A DNA stretch of 64,000 bases from Octopus bimaculoides (taxonomy: Eukaryota), in the NCBI RefSeq assembly GCF_001194135.2, contig NC_068982.1, forward strand, positions 86,117,692 through 86,181,691, in the 5' to 3' direction. A program made the position numbers and the translations under genes. Every line of letters starts with the position of its first letter. Within the stretch, counting starts at the first letter, position 1. Positions 10,385 through 22,357 of the stretch are shown piece by piece. The notes under the pieces are model-generated. The model was given only the letters and a program-made list of their open reading frames with translations, was not told the origin of the DNA and ran no database searches.

Positions 10385-13332
10385 GCAATACCAACTTCAG
10401 GAAACCTGCTTATCACCTAGTTACCTACTGTTCCAGCAGACACACTAGCCAAATCAACTACATCCTCGCCAGAAATAGGGAGAGAGGACTGCTTATAAAT
10501 GCCAAAACCTTCCCAGGCAAAGAATGTAAACCTTAACACAGATTAGTAGTTAGCAACTTCGGGATCAAGGCTAAATGGATGCCCAGAAGTAGCCCAGCTT
10601 GGAGGAGAAGGGTCTGGAAGCTTAAAGATCCTGCAAATGGACAGAGATTTAGAGATGTGTTACTTGAAGCCTTTGACGAAATAGAAGGGGATATAGCATC
10701 ACATAATGTGGAAGACAATTGGAGGTTTCAACGGGACAACATGCCGAGAGCCACCAACCAGATCTGTGGTTGGTGCAAAGTCCCCTCTCGACCCAACATA
10801 ACGTGGTGGTGGAACAGTGTAGTTGACAGGGCTATTAGACAAAAGAAACAAGCTTGGAAGGACTGGAAGAATGGAGGTAGCAGGGAATTGTATCAGACTG
10901 CCAGAAGNNNNNNNNNNTGGAGGTAGCAGGGAATTGTATCAGACTGCCAGAAGGGAAGCTAGGAGACAGGTTTACTTAGCCAGAGGGGAAGCAGATAGGA
11001 AAAAATTTGCCAATGTTCTGTGCCGTGAGAACCAAAGACTTGAAGTATTTCATGTTGCAAGACAGTCTGTGAGAGAGAATCGTGATGTCATAGGAGAGAA
11101 ATGTGTCCGCATGGATGATGGCTCACTTGCACTAAACGAGGCTGCAAAAAAAGAGGTTTGGAGACACCACTCTGAAAGATTGCTGAATAAAGAGAATGAA
11201 TGAGAGGAAGAGAGTCTGCCACATGTCGACCCAACAGAGGGACCAGCTATCCTAATTGACAGTACCTTGGTAGATAAAGTGATCAAGAGTATGAAGACAG
11301 GGAAAGCCCCCGGCCCATCAGGAATCACTGCAGAGATGCTCAAAATATCTGGCAGCATCGGCTATAGCCTAGTCACCCGTATTGTTAACCAGGTGATACA
11401 CAAAGGAGTCATACCCAATGACTGGTGTAGCAGCACCATAGTCAACTGCTACAAAGGTAAAGGTGATGCTTAAGACACAAACAATTACAGAGGTATCAAG
11501 TTGTTGGACCAGGTAATGAAGGTCACTGAGAGGGTCATAGCACAACTAATTAGGGAGAGAGTCAGCTTAGATGAGATGCAGTTTGGGTTCATGCCAGGGA
11601 AAAGCACCACTGATGCTATATTTCTGGTAAGACAGCTGCAGGAGAAATATCTAACCAAGGATAAACCTCTGTACCTGGCTTTCGTTGACATGGAGAAAGC
11701 CTTTGACAGAATCCCCTGCTCCCTTATCTGGTGGTCAATGAGGAAACTTGAGATAGATGAATGGTTAGTGAGAGCTGTCCAAACCATGCACAAGGACGCT
11801 GTCAGTAAGGTGAGGGTTGGCAACAAGGACAGTGAAGAATTCCGGGTAGAGGTAGGGGTCCACCAAGGTTCTGTCCTCAGCCCTCTCCTATTTTTCATAG
11901 TCCTCTAGGCAATAACACAGGAATTCAAGACAGGATGCCCCTGGGAGCTCCTCTATGCTGATGACCATGACCTAATTGCTGAGTCACAATCAGAACTATA
12001 GTAGAAGTTTCAGGTGTGGAAGCAAGGACTAGAATCGAAGGACCTTAGAGTCAACCTAGCTAAAACCAAAGTCCTAATAAGTAGGAAGGTAGACAAAACA
12101 CAAACCCCTTCAGGTAGATGGCCCTGCTTGATCTGTAGAAAAAGCGTAGGTAAAAACTCCATAAGATGTACCCAGTGTAAGCTATGGACACATAAGAGGT
12201 GCAGCAATATCAAAGGCAAGCTAACTAGGAAGATAGTTTTTGTATGTGGCAGATGATCAGGAGCAATAAACATTGCTCCATGGCAGTGAAACATGGGCCG
12301 TGACTGCTGAGGACATGCGTAAGCTCACAAGAAACGAAGCCAGTATGCTCCAATGGACGTGTAATGTCAGTGTGCATACTTGACAGAGTATAAGTACCTT
12401 GAGAAGCATCAGTTGTGGTGAGCAAGAGAGACGTTTGCGCTGGTATGGACATGTGGCAAGAATGGATGAGGATAGCTGTGTGAAAAAGTGCCACATCCTA
12501 GTAATTGAGGGAACCTGTGGAAGAGGTAGACCCAGGAAGACCTGGGATGAGGTGGTGAAGCACGACCTTCGAACTTTAGGCCTCACCGAGGCAATGACTA
12601 GTGACCAGGACATTTGGAAATATGCAGTATGTGAGAAGACCTGGCAAGGCAAGTGAGAGCATAATCTGTGGCCTCTGCTAGAAGCGTAGCCAGCTCACTT
12701 ATTCGTATTTTTACTTCATTAGACACTAAACTCTGCTTGTGAAGACCTGTTGAGGCAAGTGAAATTGAAATTGAAATCAATTCGACGACTGGCACCCATG
12801 CCAACCTTTCCTTCATCGGACACTAAACTCTGCTTGCGAAGACCTGTTGGGGAAAGTAAAATCAAAATCGTAATTGACCCATATTTGATGACTGTACCTG
12901 TGCCAGTGGAGCACTAACAGCATCGTCCAAGTGTGATCATTGCCCGAGCAACTGTCTGGCTTCCATGCTAGTGGCCCGTAAATAACACCATTTGAGCGTG
13001 ATCTTTACCAGCATTGCCTTACTGGCACTTGTACCGGTGGCACATTAGAAAATCATTTGAGCGAGGTCGTTGCCAGTGCTGCTAGACTGGCTCCTGTGCA
13101 GGTGGCACATAAAAAAAACCCTATTTTGAGCATGGCCGTTGCCAGTACCGCGTGACTGGCCCTCATACCGGTGGCACGTAAAAGCACCCACTATACTCTC
13201 AGAGTGGTTGGCGTTAGGAAGGGCATCCAGCTGTAGAAACTCTGCCAGATCAGATTGGAGCCTGGTGCAGCCATCCGGTTCACCAGTCCTCAGTCAAATC
13301 GTCCAAACCATGCCAGCATGGAAAGCGGACAT
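10385..13332 (+). mobile_element. RTE-clade LINE, 5'-truncated (end of APE endonuclease, RT, Cys/His finger, 3' UTR)
   Basis: Motifs NTNFRKP..QINYIL, KTGKAPGPSGITAEMLK, QFGFMPGKSTTDAIFLVRQLQEKY, GVHQGSVLSPLLF, ELLYADD, LRWYGHVARM and GRGRPRKTWDEVV. Scattered stops and an internal deletion near 12270. Confidence 0.92.
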
Positions 13333-13382
13333 CAGAATATTGAGGCTGAAGATTGGAATAGTGAAATTTCTATTCACTTAAC

Positions 13383-13572
13383 CATGAAACGATTCGTATC
13401 CAATTAACTAAAAGCTTGGCTTGTTTACGCTTTTCCCTCCGGTTTTTTGTTCTATGTGTGCCATAAATATCGCCATCCACTTTAGAGAAAATTTGTAGTT
13501 TGGAATCAGTAGTTCTTTGACTGCTATTTCTAAATTTTCAGTATGTTGGAGAAGCAACTCAATTGCTAATCC
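13383..13572 (-). CDS. Candidate exon (two alternative open frames)
   Basis: Option 1: 13429-13572, phase 0-0, GLAIELLLQH...GGKS. Option 2: 13383-13529, phase 2-2, NSSQRTTDSKLQIF...NWIRIVS. Splice sites are weak in both. Confidence 0.3.
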
Positions 13573-13898
13573 CTGTATATTTATATATATATATATATAT
13601 ATATATACATACATACAGACAGATAGATATAGACAGATGGACAGACAGATAGATATACACATATAATTGCTTTTCTTTCTCAGCAGGGTTCTGTAAACAA
13701 GCAAATCTTAACTGAGTTCATGGGACCCATCCCAGAGCTCTACCAATGTTTTGTCAAGAACAATACAATGCTATGTAAAGCTTCACTGAAATATATACTG
13801 ATATACATATACATACATATGAATATAATTATTACATCAGAGGATCTACTAGCAAGGAAACATATGTAGCCTGGACTTTACTTCTTCCACTGTCTCAA

Positions 13899-15099
13899 TT
13901 TGGATTAATAAGTATCTGGACTGTTACCATAGTAACGAAGCTAAAACATGCAGAGGGAAGCTGCTTGGCACCTTGAACTCTGCTGTGATGCGCACTAAGT
14001 TTTAACGTTCTGGCTCACTTCTGCTGTTTACACCAGTACTTGGAAGGAATGTGTGTAGTATGTGACTGTCTATAACAGAGAAGGTTGAGCAGAGAATTTG
14101 TAACAAATTTTGCCAAAACCTTGGCAATACTTGCTTAGAGGCCTATACAAAGTTGCAGAAAGTGTATGGAGAGGAGTGTGTAAGCCGCACCTAAGTGTAT
14201 GAGTGGTTCAGAAATTTCCAAGATGGCCAAAGAAATGTCAATATTGACGAATGTTCTGGGAGACCTGCAAACAGCAGAACTCAGAAAAACATTGCAGATG
14301 TGTGTGCAGCTGTGAGTGGAAATAATTGAATCGCCATCCTTGAGTCATCAGAGGACGTGCAGATTAATTATGGTATAGTTCAGTCCATTATCACTGAAGA
14401 TTTGGGTATGAGACGCATGTCTGCCAAGTTTATGTCAAAACTGCTTTCAGCTGATCAAAAAGGCAATTGGGTTTCAGTTTCAGATTTCTTTGTGCCAAAA
14501 ACGATGAAAACTTTTTGAAGACAGTCATAACGGGTGATGAATCGTGGGTTTTTGTAGTGGAAAACCCCAAACTAGACTGAAGAAAGCACAAGGGGATTTT
14601 CATGATGAGTATGCTCAACTTGGTCAGACAGTAAACAAAGAGTATTACTGTGATATTTTGCAGCATCTGTGGGATGCTATTCTTTGGAAAAGGTCACAAT
14701 TGCATGCGTTCAGTGAGTGGAAATTGCACCATGACAATGCACCTGTCCATTCAGCACAGCTTGTGCAGTAGGTTTTGGCTAGGCACAGCATTCCTCAGGT
14801 CTGACAGCCACTGTATTCCCCAGATTACACCCCTTGCAACTTTTTCCTCTTTCCAAAAATCTAATCCCACTTGAAAGGAAGAAGGTTTCAGGACTTCAGG
14901 AAATCAAAGTGAATGTGATGAGGCAGCTGCTGATTATCCCAGAAAACGAGTTCCAGGAATGCTTCTATCAATGGAAACAGTGCTGGATTAAGTGTGTGGC
15001 TTTTGAAAGGGACTACTTTGAAGGAGATTAAATACAAAATTGGTATGTGTAGTAATGTTTTTATAGCACCAGTCCGGATACTTATTGATCAGACCTCAT
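13899..15099 (+). mobile_element. mariner (DD34D) transposon, near full length, decayed
   Basis: ITGDESW, HDNAPVH and YSPDYTPCN(D)F with 34 residues between the second and third catalytic positions. TIR-like ends ATAAGTATCTGGAC and GTCCGGATACTTATTGATCAGACCTCA-TA. Confidence 0.88.
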
Positions 15100-15111
15100 A
15101 TATATATATAT

Positions 15112-15347
15112 TCTTTTACTTGTTTCAGTCATTTGACTGTGGCCATGCTGGAGCACCACTTTAAAGGGTGTTAGTTGAAGCTAACACCCTAATTGACCCC
15201 AGGACTTATTCTTTGTAAGCCTAGTACTTATTCTATCAGTCTCTTTTGCTGAACCGCTAAGTTAAAGGACATAAACACACCAGCATCAGTTGTTAAGCGA
15301 TGGTGGTGGTGGTGGGGGAGGACAAAGACACATACACACAAATATAT

Positions 15348-15380
<33 letters not shown>

Positions 15381-15545
15381 CATATATATATACAACAGGC
15401 TTCTTCCAGTTTCTGTCTACCAAATCCACTCACAAGGCTTTGGTTGGCCCGAGGCTATAGTAGAAGACACTTGCCCAAGGTGCCACACAATGAGACTAAA
15501 CCCAGAACCAAGTGGTTAGGAAGCAAGCTTCTTACCACACAGCCA
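15112..15545 (-). mobile_element. tRNA-derived SINE
   Basis: Reverse complement of the 3513-3919 family. Confidence 0.88.
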
Positions 15546-16756
15546 TCATCATCATAATCATCATCATTTAGCATCTGCTTTCCATGCTGGCATGGGTTAG
15601 ATGGTTTGACTGGAACTGGTAAACCGGAGAGCAGTACTAGCTTCCAGGCTTATTTGGCTCTTCCTAACACCAGTCACTCCACGAGTGTAGTGGGTGCCTT
15701 TTATGTATCACTGGTACTGGCCATGACTATAACTTCACTTGGCTCGACAAGCCTTCTCAAACAGCAAATTGCCAAAGATATCAATCACTCATCATTGCTT
15801 CCACAAGACCCAATATGCGAAAATTATGCTTCATCACCGCGTACTGCATCTTCCTGGGTCTATCTCTTCCACAGTTAAAGATTGGTATTTCTTTACATAG
15901 CTGTCCTCATCCATACGCGCCACATGACCATATCAGTGCAATCTTATCTCTTGCACACTACATCTGATGCTCAATTTTTCTCTCAATTTTTCTCTCAAGA
16001 CACTTACACTCTGTCATATATGCACACTGACATTGCACATCCAGTGAATCATACTAACTTCATTACTTTCAAGCCTTCACATGTCCTCTGCAGTCACATC
16101 CCAAGTTTTACTGCTGTGTAACATGGCTGTTTGCATACATATATCATACAATCTGCCTTTCACTCTGAGAGAGAGAGGCCCTTTATTACCAACTAAATTT
16201 GCCCAGCCTATTCTCATTCTAGCAGCTACACTCATGGAGCATCCACCTCCACTGCTTACTTGGCCACCCAGATAATGGAAGCTATCAACTACTTCTAAGT
16301 ATCCCCTGTGTTATTTGACAAAGTTTATTTTCTGCACATTTCTAGAGTTTATTGTACCTATACATCTGCCACATACAAAGACAATTTTCCCTGTTAACTT
16401 TCCTCTGATATTGCTGCACCTTTTATGGACAGCCATAGCTTGCACTGTGTACACCTTACAGAGTTTTTACCTATGCCTTTTCTATATATTAAGCAGAATC
16501 ATCTCCTCAAGGGATTTGTGATTTGCTTTTGCTGATTCCAGACCTTGCTTCCACACCTGAAATTTCTTCTCTACTTCTAGTAGTGATTCAGCTATAAGAA
16601 CAAGGTCATCAACATAGAGGAGCTCCCAAGGGCAGCCTGACTTAAATTCCTCTGTTATGGCCTGGAGGACTATGATGAACAAGACAGGGTTGAGGACTGA
16701 TCCTTGGTGAACTCCTACTTGTACACTGAATTGAGTGCTATAATCATTGCCAACTC
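15546..16756 (-). mobile_element. RTE LINE 3' part, with (GAT)n tail at about 15546-15570
   Basis: Minus strand reads [43 protein letters not shown]. The 3' end matches that of 10385-13332. Confidence 0.88.
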
Positions 16757-16757
16757 T

Positions 16758-16894
16758 GTCCTTCAGGCCATAACAGAGGAATTTAAGTCAGGCTGCCTTT
16801 GGGAGCTCCTTTATGTTGATGACCTTGTTCTTATAGCTGAATCACTACTAGAACTAGAGAAGAAATTTCAGGTGTGGAAGCAAGGTTTGGAATC
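16758..16894 (+). repeat. Inverted duplicate of RTE RT segment 16534-16670
   Basis: 137-bp arms with about 5 mismatches and an 87-bp spacer. Confidence 0.9.
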
Positions 16895-16954
16895 ATATAT
16901 ATACACATACACACATATAGATATATACATACATACATATACACACACACACAT

Positions 16955-17043
<89 letters not shown>

Positions 17044-17075
17044 NNNNNNNNNNNNNNNNNNNNNNNNNNNNNNNN

Positions 17076-17151
<76 letters not shown>

Positions 17152-17156
<5 letters not shown>

Positions 17157-19072
17157 TAATAATAATGTACTAGCACTTACTTTTATACATTTATACTTCC
17201 ACACATTATATTATTGTATTAATTTTTACTGTCCTATTTATAATTTATTTGATTTTTAAATTAATATTTTTACGATGAATGTTTCTTTATATGATATATT
17301 ATATATTATGAAACCCGGTGTAATATTATACCGATTTTTGCCTGTGAGGCTGGAATAAGTTTTTATTCCCTAATATTATTACTATAATACTTTTGATATA
17401 TTTATAATACGACTATTGTTTTAGGTTTTACCTTCAATTTTCGTTTATTATGGAACTTACAGGTAGGATTGAGCCACTAATCTGGGACTCATCATTGAAG
17501 GATATCCCCATTCCATCGAAAAGGGAATATACCCTTAAACTTATTAATAATATAAAGGAGTTTATTAATAGAATAAAATGGATAGCTCACTATAATAATG
17601 GTAACATTGCCAACATTAAAGATGTGGAGAATACCAATTACATAAGCTCTAAATTTAAAACTAAATGGGAACCCCCATATAATAGGGAAATTCAGACTCT
17701 GAAAGACAAAATTTGGAAGGTGGTTAAAAACATTAAGTTTAAAAAATACCCAATCAGACACAATGAATATTTAAGAAATTTAGGAATTAAAATAAAAGAA
17801 ATACGTAATGTCGAAGGAATAGTCTTACAATCTGATAAAACTGGCAACCTGTATAAGTTAGATACAAAATTATATGATAAACTTTTAGAAAAGGAAATAA
17901 ATAAAAAATATAAAATTGTCCTAGAAAATACCATTTATAATATTAATAAAGCCACTAGGTTAATCATGGAAAAATATGAGATAGACAATAAAATGGAACC
18001 GTATGTACTGATGAACCCTAGGATAACCTTAAAGGATCATAAAGACAATTTCTACTCTGACCCTAAAGTCAGACTAATATGTCCCAGTAAATCGGATTTA
18101 GGGAAATTAAGTAAGTTAATTTTAAACAAATATATTAATAAACTAAATAATCTAGATTACCTGAAACTCTGGACTAGCACAAATAATACTTTAAAATGGT
18201 TTAAAGATATTAAAGACAGTAGTAGTTACAAATTTATCCAAATAGACATAGAGGATTATTATTCATTTATTAATGAAATTGTACTTAATAAGGCCTTAAT
18301 ATATGCTATGAATAAGGTGGGAATGACTAAGGATGAAGTTAAGGTAGTAAAAATGGCTAGAAAATCGTTTATTAGGTATAATAATAAATTGTGGACTAGA
18401 AAAGATACCAGAGATTTTTTTGATATCCCTATGGGAGCACCGGATTCTGCTCAGGTTACAGACCTAGTAGGAATTTATTTATTAGCAGAACTCCAATTAG
18501 AACATCTTAAATTGGAGGGTGGATTATACAGAGATGACCTCATGCTAATAACAAAAAATAGAACATTAGAAATATATAAGAAGAAAATATATAGTTTCTT
18601 TAAAAGAAATGGGCTTAGGATTACAATTTATAACGAATATAACAATGTCAACTACTTAGATGTAAATTTTAACTTAATAACAGGTATAACCCATAAAATT
18701 AACGAAAACCTGAAATATATTAATGATAAGAGTAACCATCCACCTTCTATTAAGAAAGCGTTAGTAAATAATATAGGGAAATGAATTTCAGTACTTTCTT
18801 CCAACTATGAGATATTCAATAAACATGCACTGTATTATAATGAAGCACTTCATAAGGCGGGATATAATAATAATATAAAATTTTTCAACAATTCTAAATA
18901 TAATTATAATTTAAAAGATAATTTAAATTATGAATACACCTTCTATTATAATAAACACAGCATTCAGAATCATCTTAAGCCCGAGATAGGTAGTAATATG
19001 AACAAAAAACCTCATAGTAATAATAATAATAAGAAAATATGGCTAATAATTCCCTATGGGATACAGGTACGG
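17152..19072 (+). mobile_element. Penelope-like element, Naiad type, RT ORF; truncated before the endonuclease by a mariner fragment
   Basis: 444-aa ORF 17450-18784 with SLKDIPIPS, SDKTGNLY, PKVRLICPSKS, PMGAPDSAQVTDLVG, GLYRDD, YLDVNFNL and SNHPPSI. The frame continues past one TGA (ISVLSSNYEIF...AGY...IWLIIPY). Confidence 0.85.
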
Positions 19073-19595
19073 AAGTGGTTTGCTAAGTTGGTGATTGTAG
19101 CCTTATTGATGAAGAATGCTCAGGCAGACCAACCCACCACCACCACCACTTCAGATGACAACCAAATCAAAACATTGACTGAGAATAGCCCGCGTTACAC
19201 AATGTAGGAATTGACAGAAACACTAAATTTATCAAAATCCACCATCCATAAACACTTAGTGAAGCTTGGAATCTCATATTGCTACGATGTCTGGGTACCA
19301 CATGATCTGAGTGAAAAGAAGTTTTGGATTGCATTTCTGGCTGTGATTTGCTGTATAAACGCAATGAAAATGCACCCTTTTTTAAGCAAATTGTAACGGG
19401 TGATGAGAAATAGATCGTTTATAAAAATGTTCAGTGAAAAAGATCCTGGGAGAAGCAACATGAGCCACTTTTAGCCATCCTAAGACAGTCATGCTCTGCA
19501 TCTGGTGGGATTGGAAAGGAATCTGCCAAGTAACCAGTTGATTAATGCTAGCAACTAGACAATTTAAAGGCAGCAATTCAAGAAAAACGTCCAGT
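19073..19595 (+). mobile_element. mariner transposase internal fragment
   Basis: LNLSKSTIHKHL, DVWVPHDLSEK, VTGDEK and VMLCIWWDWKG motifs. Confidence 0.8.
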
Positions 19596-19750
19596 ATTGG
19601 TAACAGCTTTTTTCAGTTTCCATTTCCCAAATTCACTCAGAAGGCTTTGGTCAGTCCAAGGCCATAATAGAAGTTATTGTCCAAGTGGAGCTAAATCTGA
19701 AAACGTGGTTGGGAAGGGAACTTCTCAACTACACAACCATGCCTGTGCCT
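19596..19750 (-). mobile_element. Partial tRNA-derived SINE (5' half)
   Basis: Similar to the head of the SINE family at 3513. Confidence 0.7.
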
Positions 19751-20624
19751 ACACACACATATATGTATACACATATACGTACAGATAAATGCATACACAC
19801 ACGTAAATATATAAATATATATAAACACACACGTACATATAATCAATAGAAGAATGTCAGATGGACTTATCTGTAATTCAAAGGTCCAATGTATCATTCT
19901 GCTTTCACTCACAAATTGTGGTAAGTGTACATGTGTCAGTGGATTACTTGACCATTTTGTATGTTAATTCAATTGATTGAACAGCTAAATGCTCATATGT
20001 CAAAATCACATCACCAGGAGAGCTTGTCATATATTAGAGTGTGTGTGTGTGTTTTCAATAAATTATATTGGTGCTAATCTACTTAATATAAAAGCATTTC
20101 AGTTGGTTTCAATGATAAATATTCCAGTTGTTCAATCAACTGAATTGCTTACTCATTAAATTACAGAATAACTGGCTGTGTATTTTCCAGATAATATAAT
20201 TCTCAGGTGAAATGAGTGACAAAGCTGACCCTTTGAATTACAGCTAGAGCCCATCCAACAAGTTAAGCTTTCGTAGTTTCTGTTTACAAAGTTTCACACA
20301 TGTAAAATATATTTATCATCATGTCATCTCATACTTTTTATCAAGTTATGGTGTTTGCCTGTTTTCTTGCCAGTAGTTCAATTTTAGACCCACATTTTGT
20401 TAAATTAGCAATAGTTTCAATAACACCTTAATTTAAAGTAACTTTGATAGGTGGAACAATAATTTTTCTAAGATCCTAAAATTGAAACAGCTTTTGGTCT
20501 GGACCATCTGCAGACCTAAACCCAGAAAATTTATGACTGATCATCAATAAAACTTTGATAGTTGTTGACATGTAAAACATAAATATCAATTAAAGTCTGA
20601 ATATGAAACTTTTCAAAAGCTCAC

Positions 20625-20672
20625 CTCAATTCCCTTTCTTTTAAATATGAATCAAGTGAAAAACATTGCTTC
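20625..20672 (-). CDS. 48-nt internal exon of the minus-strand gene
   Basis: Acceptor TATAATTTCAG|G and donor GAG|GTGAGC. The only open frame is KQCFSLDSYLKEREL, phase 2-2. Confidence 0.7.
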
Positions 20673-21440
20673 CTGAAATTATACATCTCTTAATCATTTA
20701 ACATTCCATTAACAAAGGTAATAACAGAGACTAGTAATATGCTTAAAATATGTTCATAAAGACTCTCCTTGATTTGGACTTTGATCACTTGCAAGAAAAG
20801 ATTAATAAAACTAGGACATTACTGATAAGAAAGCAATTCAAGCTGTTATAAGACATTGTTTCAATGTTGTTAGCAATACCATAGTAAGATTCAATTTGTA
20901 ACAACAGTAAAGATAATTTATTTTACTAAAATCTGGAGAGAGCTACTGTGTTTGATTGGGTCTTCATATGCCAAAAGATAAATGTACCTTGACAGTAATT
21001 TTAACACCTGAATTACATCCAAAAAATTTCACTTTGCCATTAAAATAAATGCTTCATTCCTGAATTCAAAATCAATAACTCATAAGACTATAAGATAAAA
21101 GAAAAAAGACTAAAAAAAACAAAATAATTTGAAATGCTTTATTTTATCTTCTTTCTTTCTTCATAAATCACTATCATAACCAGTGCACTGATAATGGTAG
21201 TCAACTATCAGCTCTTGGAGAATGACAGGTACAATTTCCAAATAACTATTTTAGAATCTGAACTAAATGAACACTAGCATACCCATGTCACCAACAATGC
21301 TGACAATTTTATTAATGATAAAAAGTGGCACATCAATACAATAGGAGAAACCATTGCTTCATGTCAGCAATTCAGTAAATAAATGTACATACACACAACT
21401 GAAGCACTTGAAAGATCAGATACAATCATATCTGATTCTT

Positions 21441-21529
21441 CAAGTTCCCATAGTGTGTGTGGGTGTAAGAAGCTTGCTTCCAAACCACATGGTTCTGGGT
21501 TCAGTCCCAGAAACTGAAAGAAGCCCATA

Positions 21530-21567
<38 letters not shown>

Positions 21568-22040
21568 NNNNNNNNNNNNNNNNNNNNNNNNNNNNNNNNN
21601 NNNNNNNNNNNNNNNNNNNNNNNNNNNNNNNNNNNNNNNNNNNNNNNNNNNNNNNNNNNNNNNNNNNNNNNNNNNNNNNNNNNNNNNNNNNNNNNNNNNN
21701 NNNNNNNNNNNNNNNNNNNNNNNNNNNNNNNNNNNNNNNNNNNNNNNNNNNNNNNNNNNNNNNNNNNNAGTTACGGAGACGTAAACACACCGGCATTGGT
21801 TGTCAAGCGATGTAGGGGGGACAAACACAGACACACAAACATATACACACATACATATATATATATATATACATATATTCGACGGGCTTCTTTCAGTTTC
21901 CGTCTACCAAATCCACTCACAAGGCTTTGGTCAGCCCGGGGCTATAGTAGAAGACACTTGCCCAAGGTGCCACGCAGTGGGACTGAACCCAGAACCATGT
22001 GGTTAGTAAGCAAGCTACTTACCACACAGCCACTCCTATG

Positions 22041-22082
<42 letters not shown>

Positions 22083-22310
22083 CGTTTGTGTGTGTGTGTG
22101 TCTTTGTGCTTATGTTTAACACTCCACCATCGCTTGACAACCAATGTTGGTGTGTTTATATCCCCATAGCTCAGCAGTTTGGCAAAAGAGACCAATAGAA
22201 TAAGTATTAGGCTTACAAAGAACAAGTCCAGGAACGACTTTGACTAAAAAACCCTTTAGAGTGGTGCTCCACTATAGCCACAGTCAAATTACTAAAACAA
22301 GTAAAAAAAA
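21441..22310. mobile_element. Cluster of SINE pieces in opposite orientations (+21441-21530, -21770-22042, +22080-22310)
   Basis: Similarity to the 3513-3919 family, separated by microsatellites and a gap. Confidence 0.85.
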
Positions 22311-22357
22311 AACATATATACATATATATATATATATATATACATACATACGTACAT

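Noticed and set aside
10848-10949. Direct repeat around a 10-N gap
   Set aside because: Typical contig-overlap artefact inside the RTE.
12254-12256. TGA at a Cys position of the RTE finger as possible selenocysteine
   Set aside because: The element has many other stops and frameshifts, so a single TGY>TGA change is simpler.
12715-12875. Two ~50-bp similar units resembling repeat-spacer structure
   Set aside because: An internal duplication in the RTE 3' UTR. There is no CRISPR-like array or cas gene.
17270-17385. Possible hammerhead upstream of the Naiad ORF (CGATGA...GAAA; CTGTGA plus GGAATAA/TTATTCC hairpin)
   Set aside because: The cores are incomplete and stems I and III do not close.
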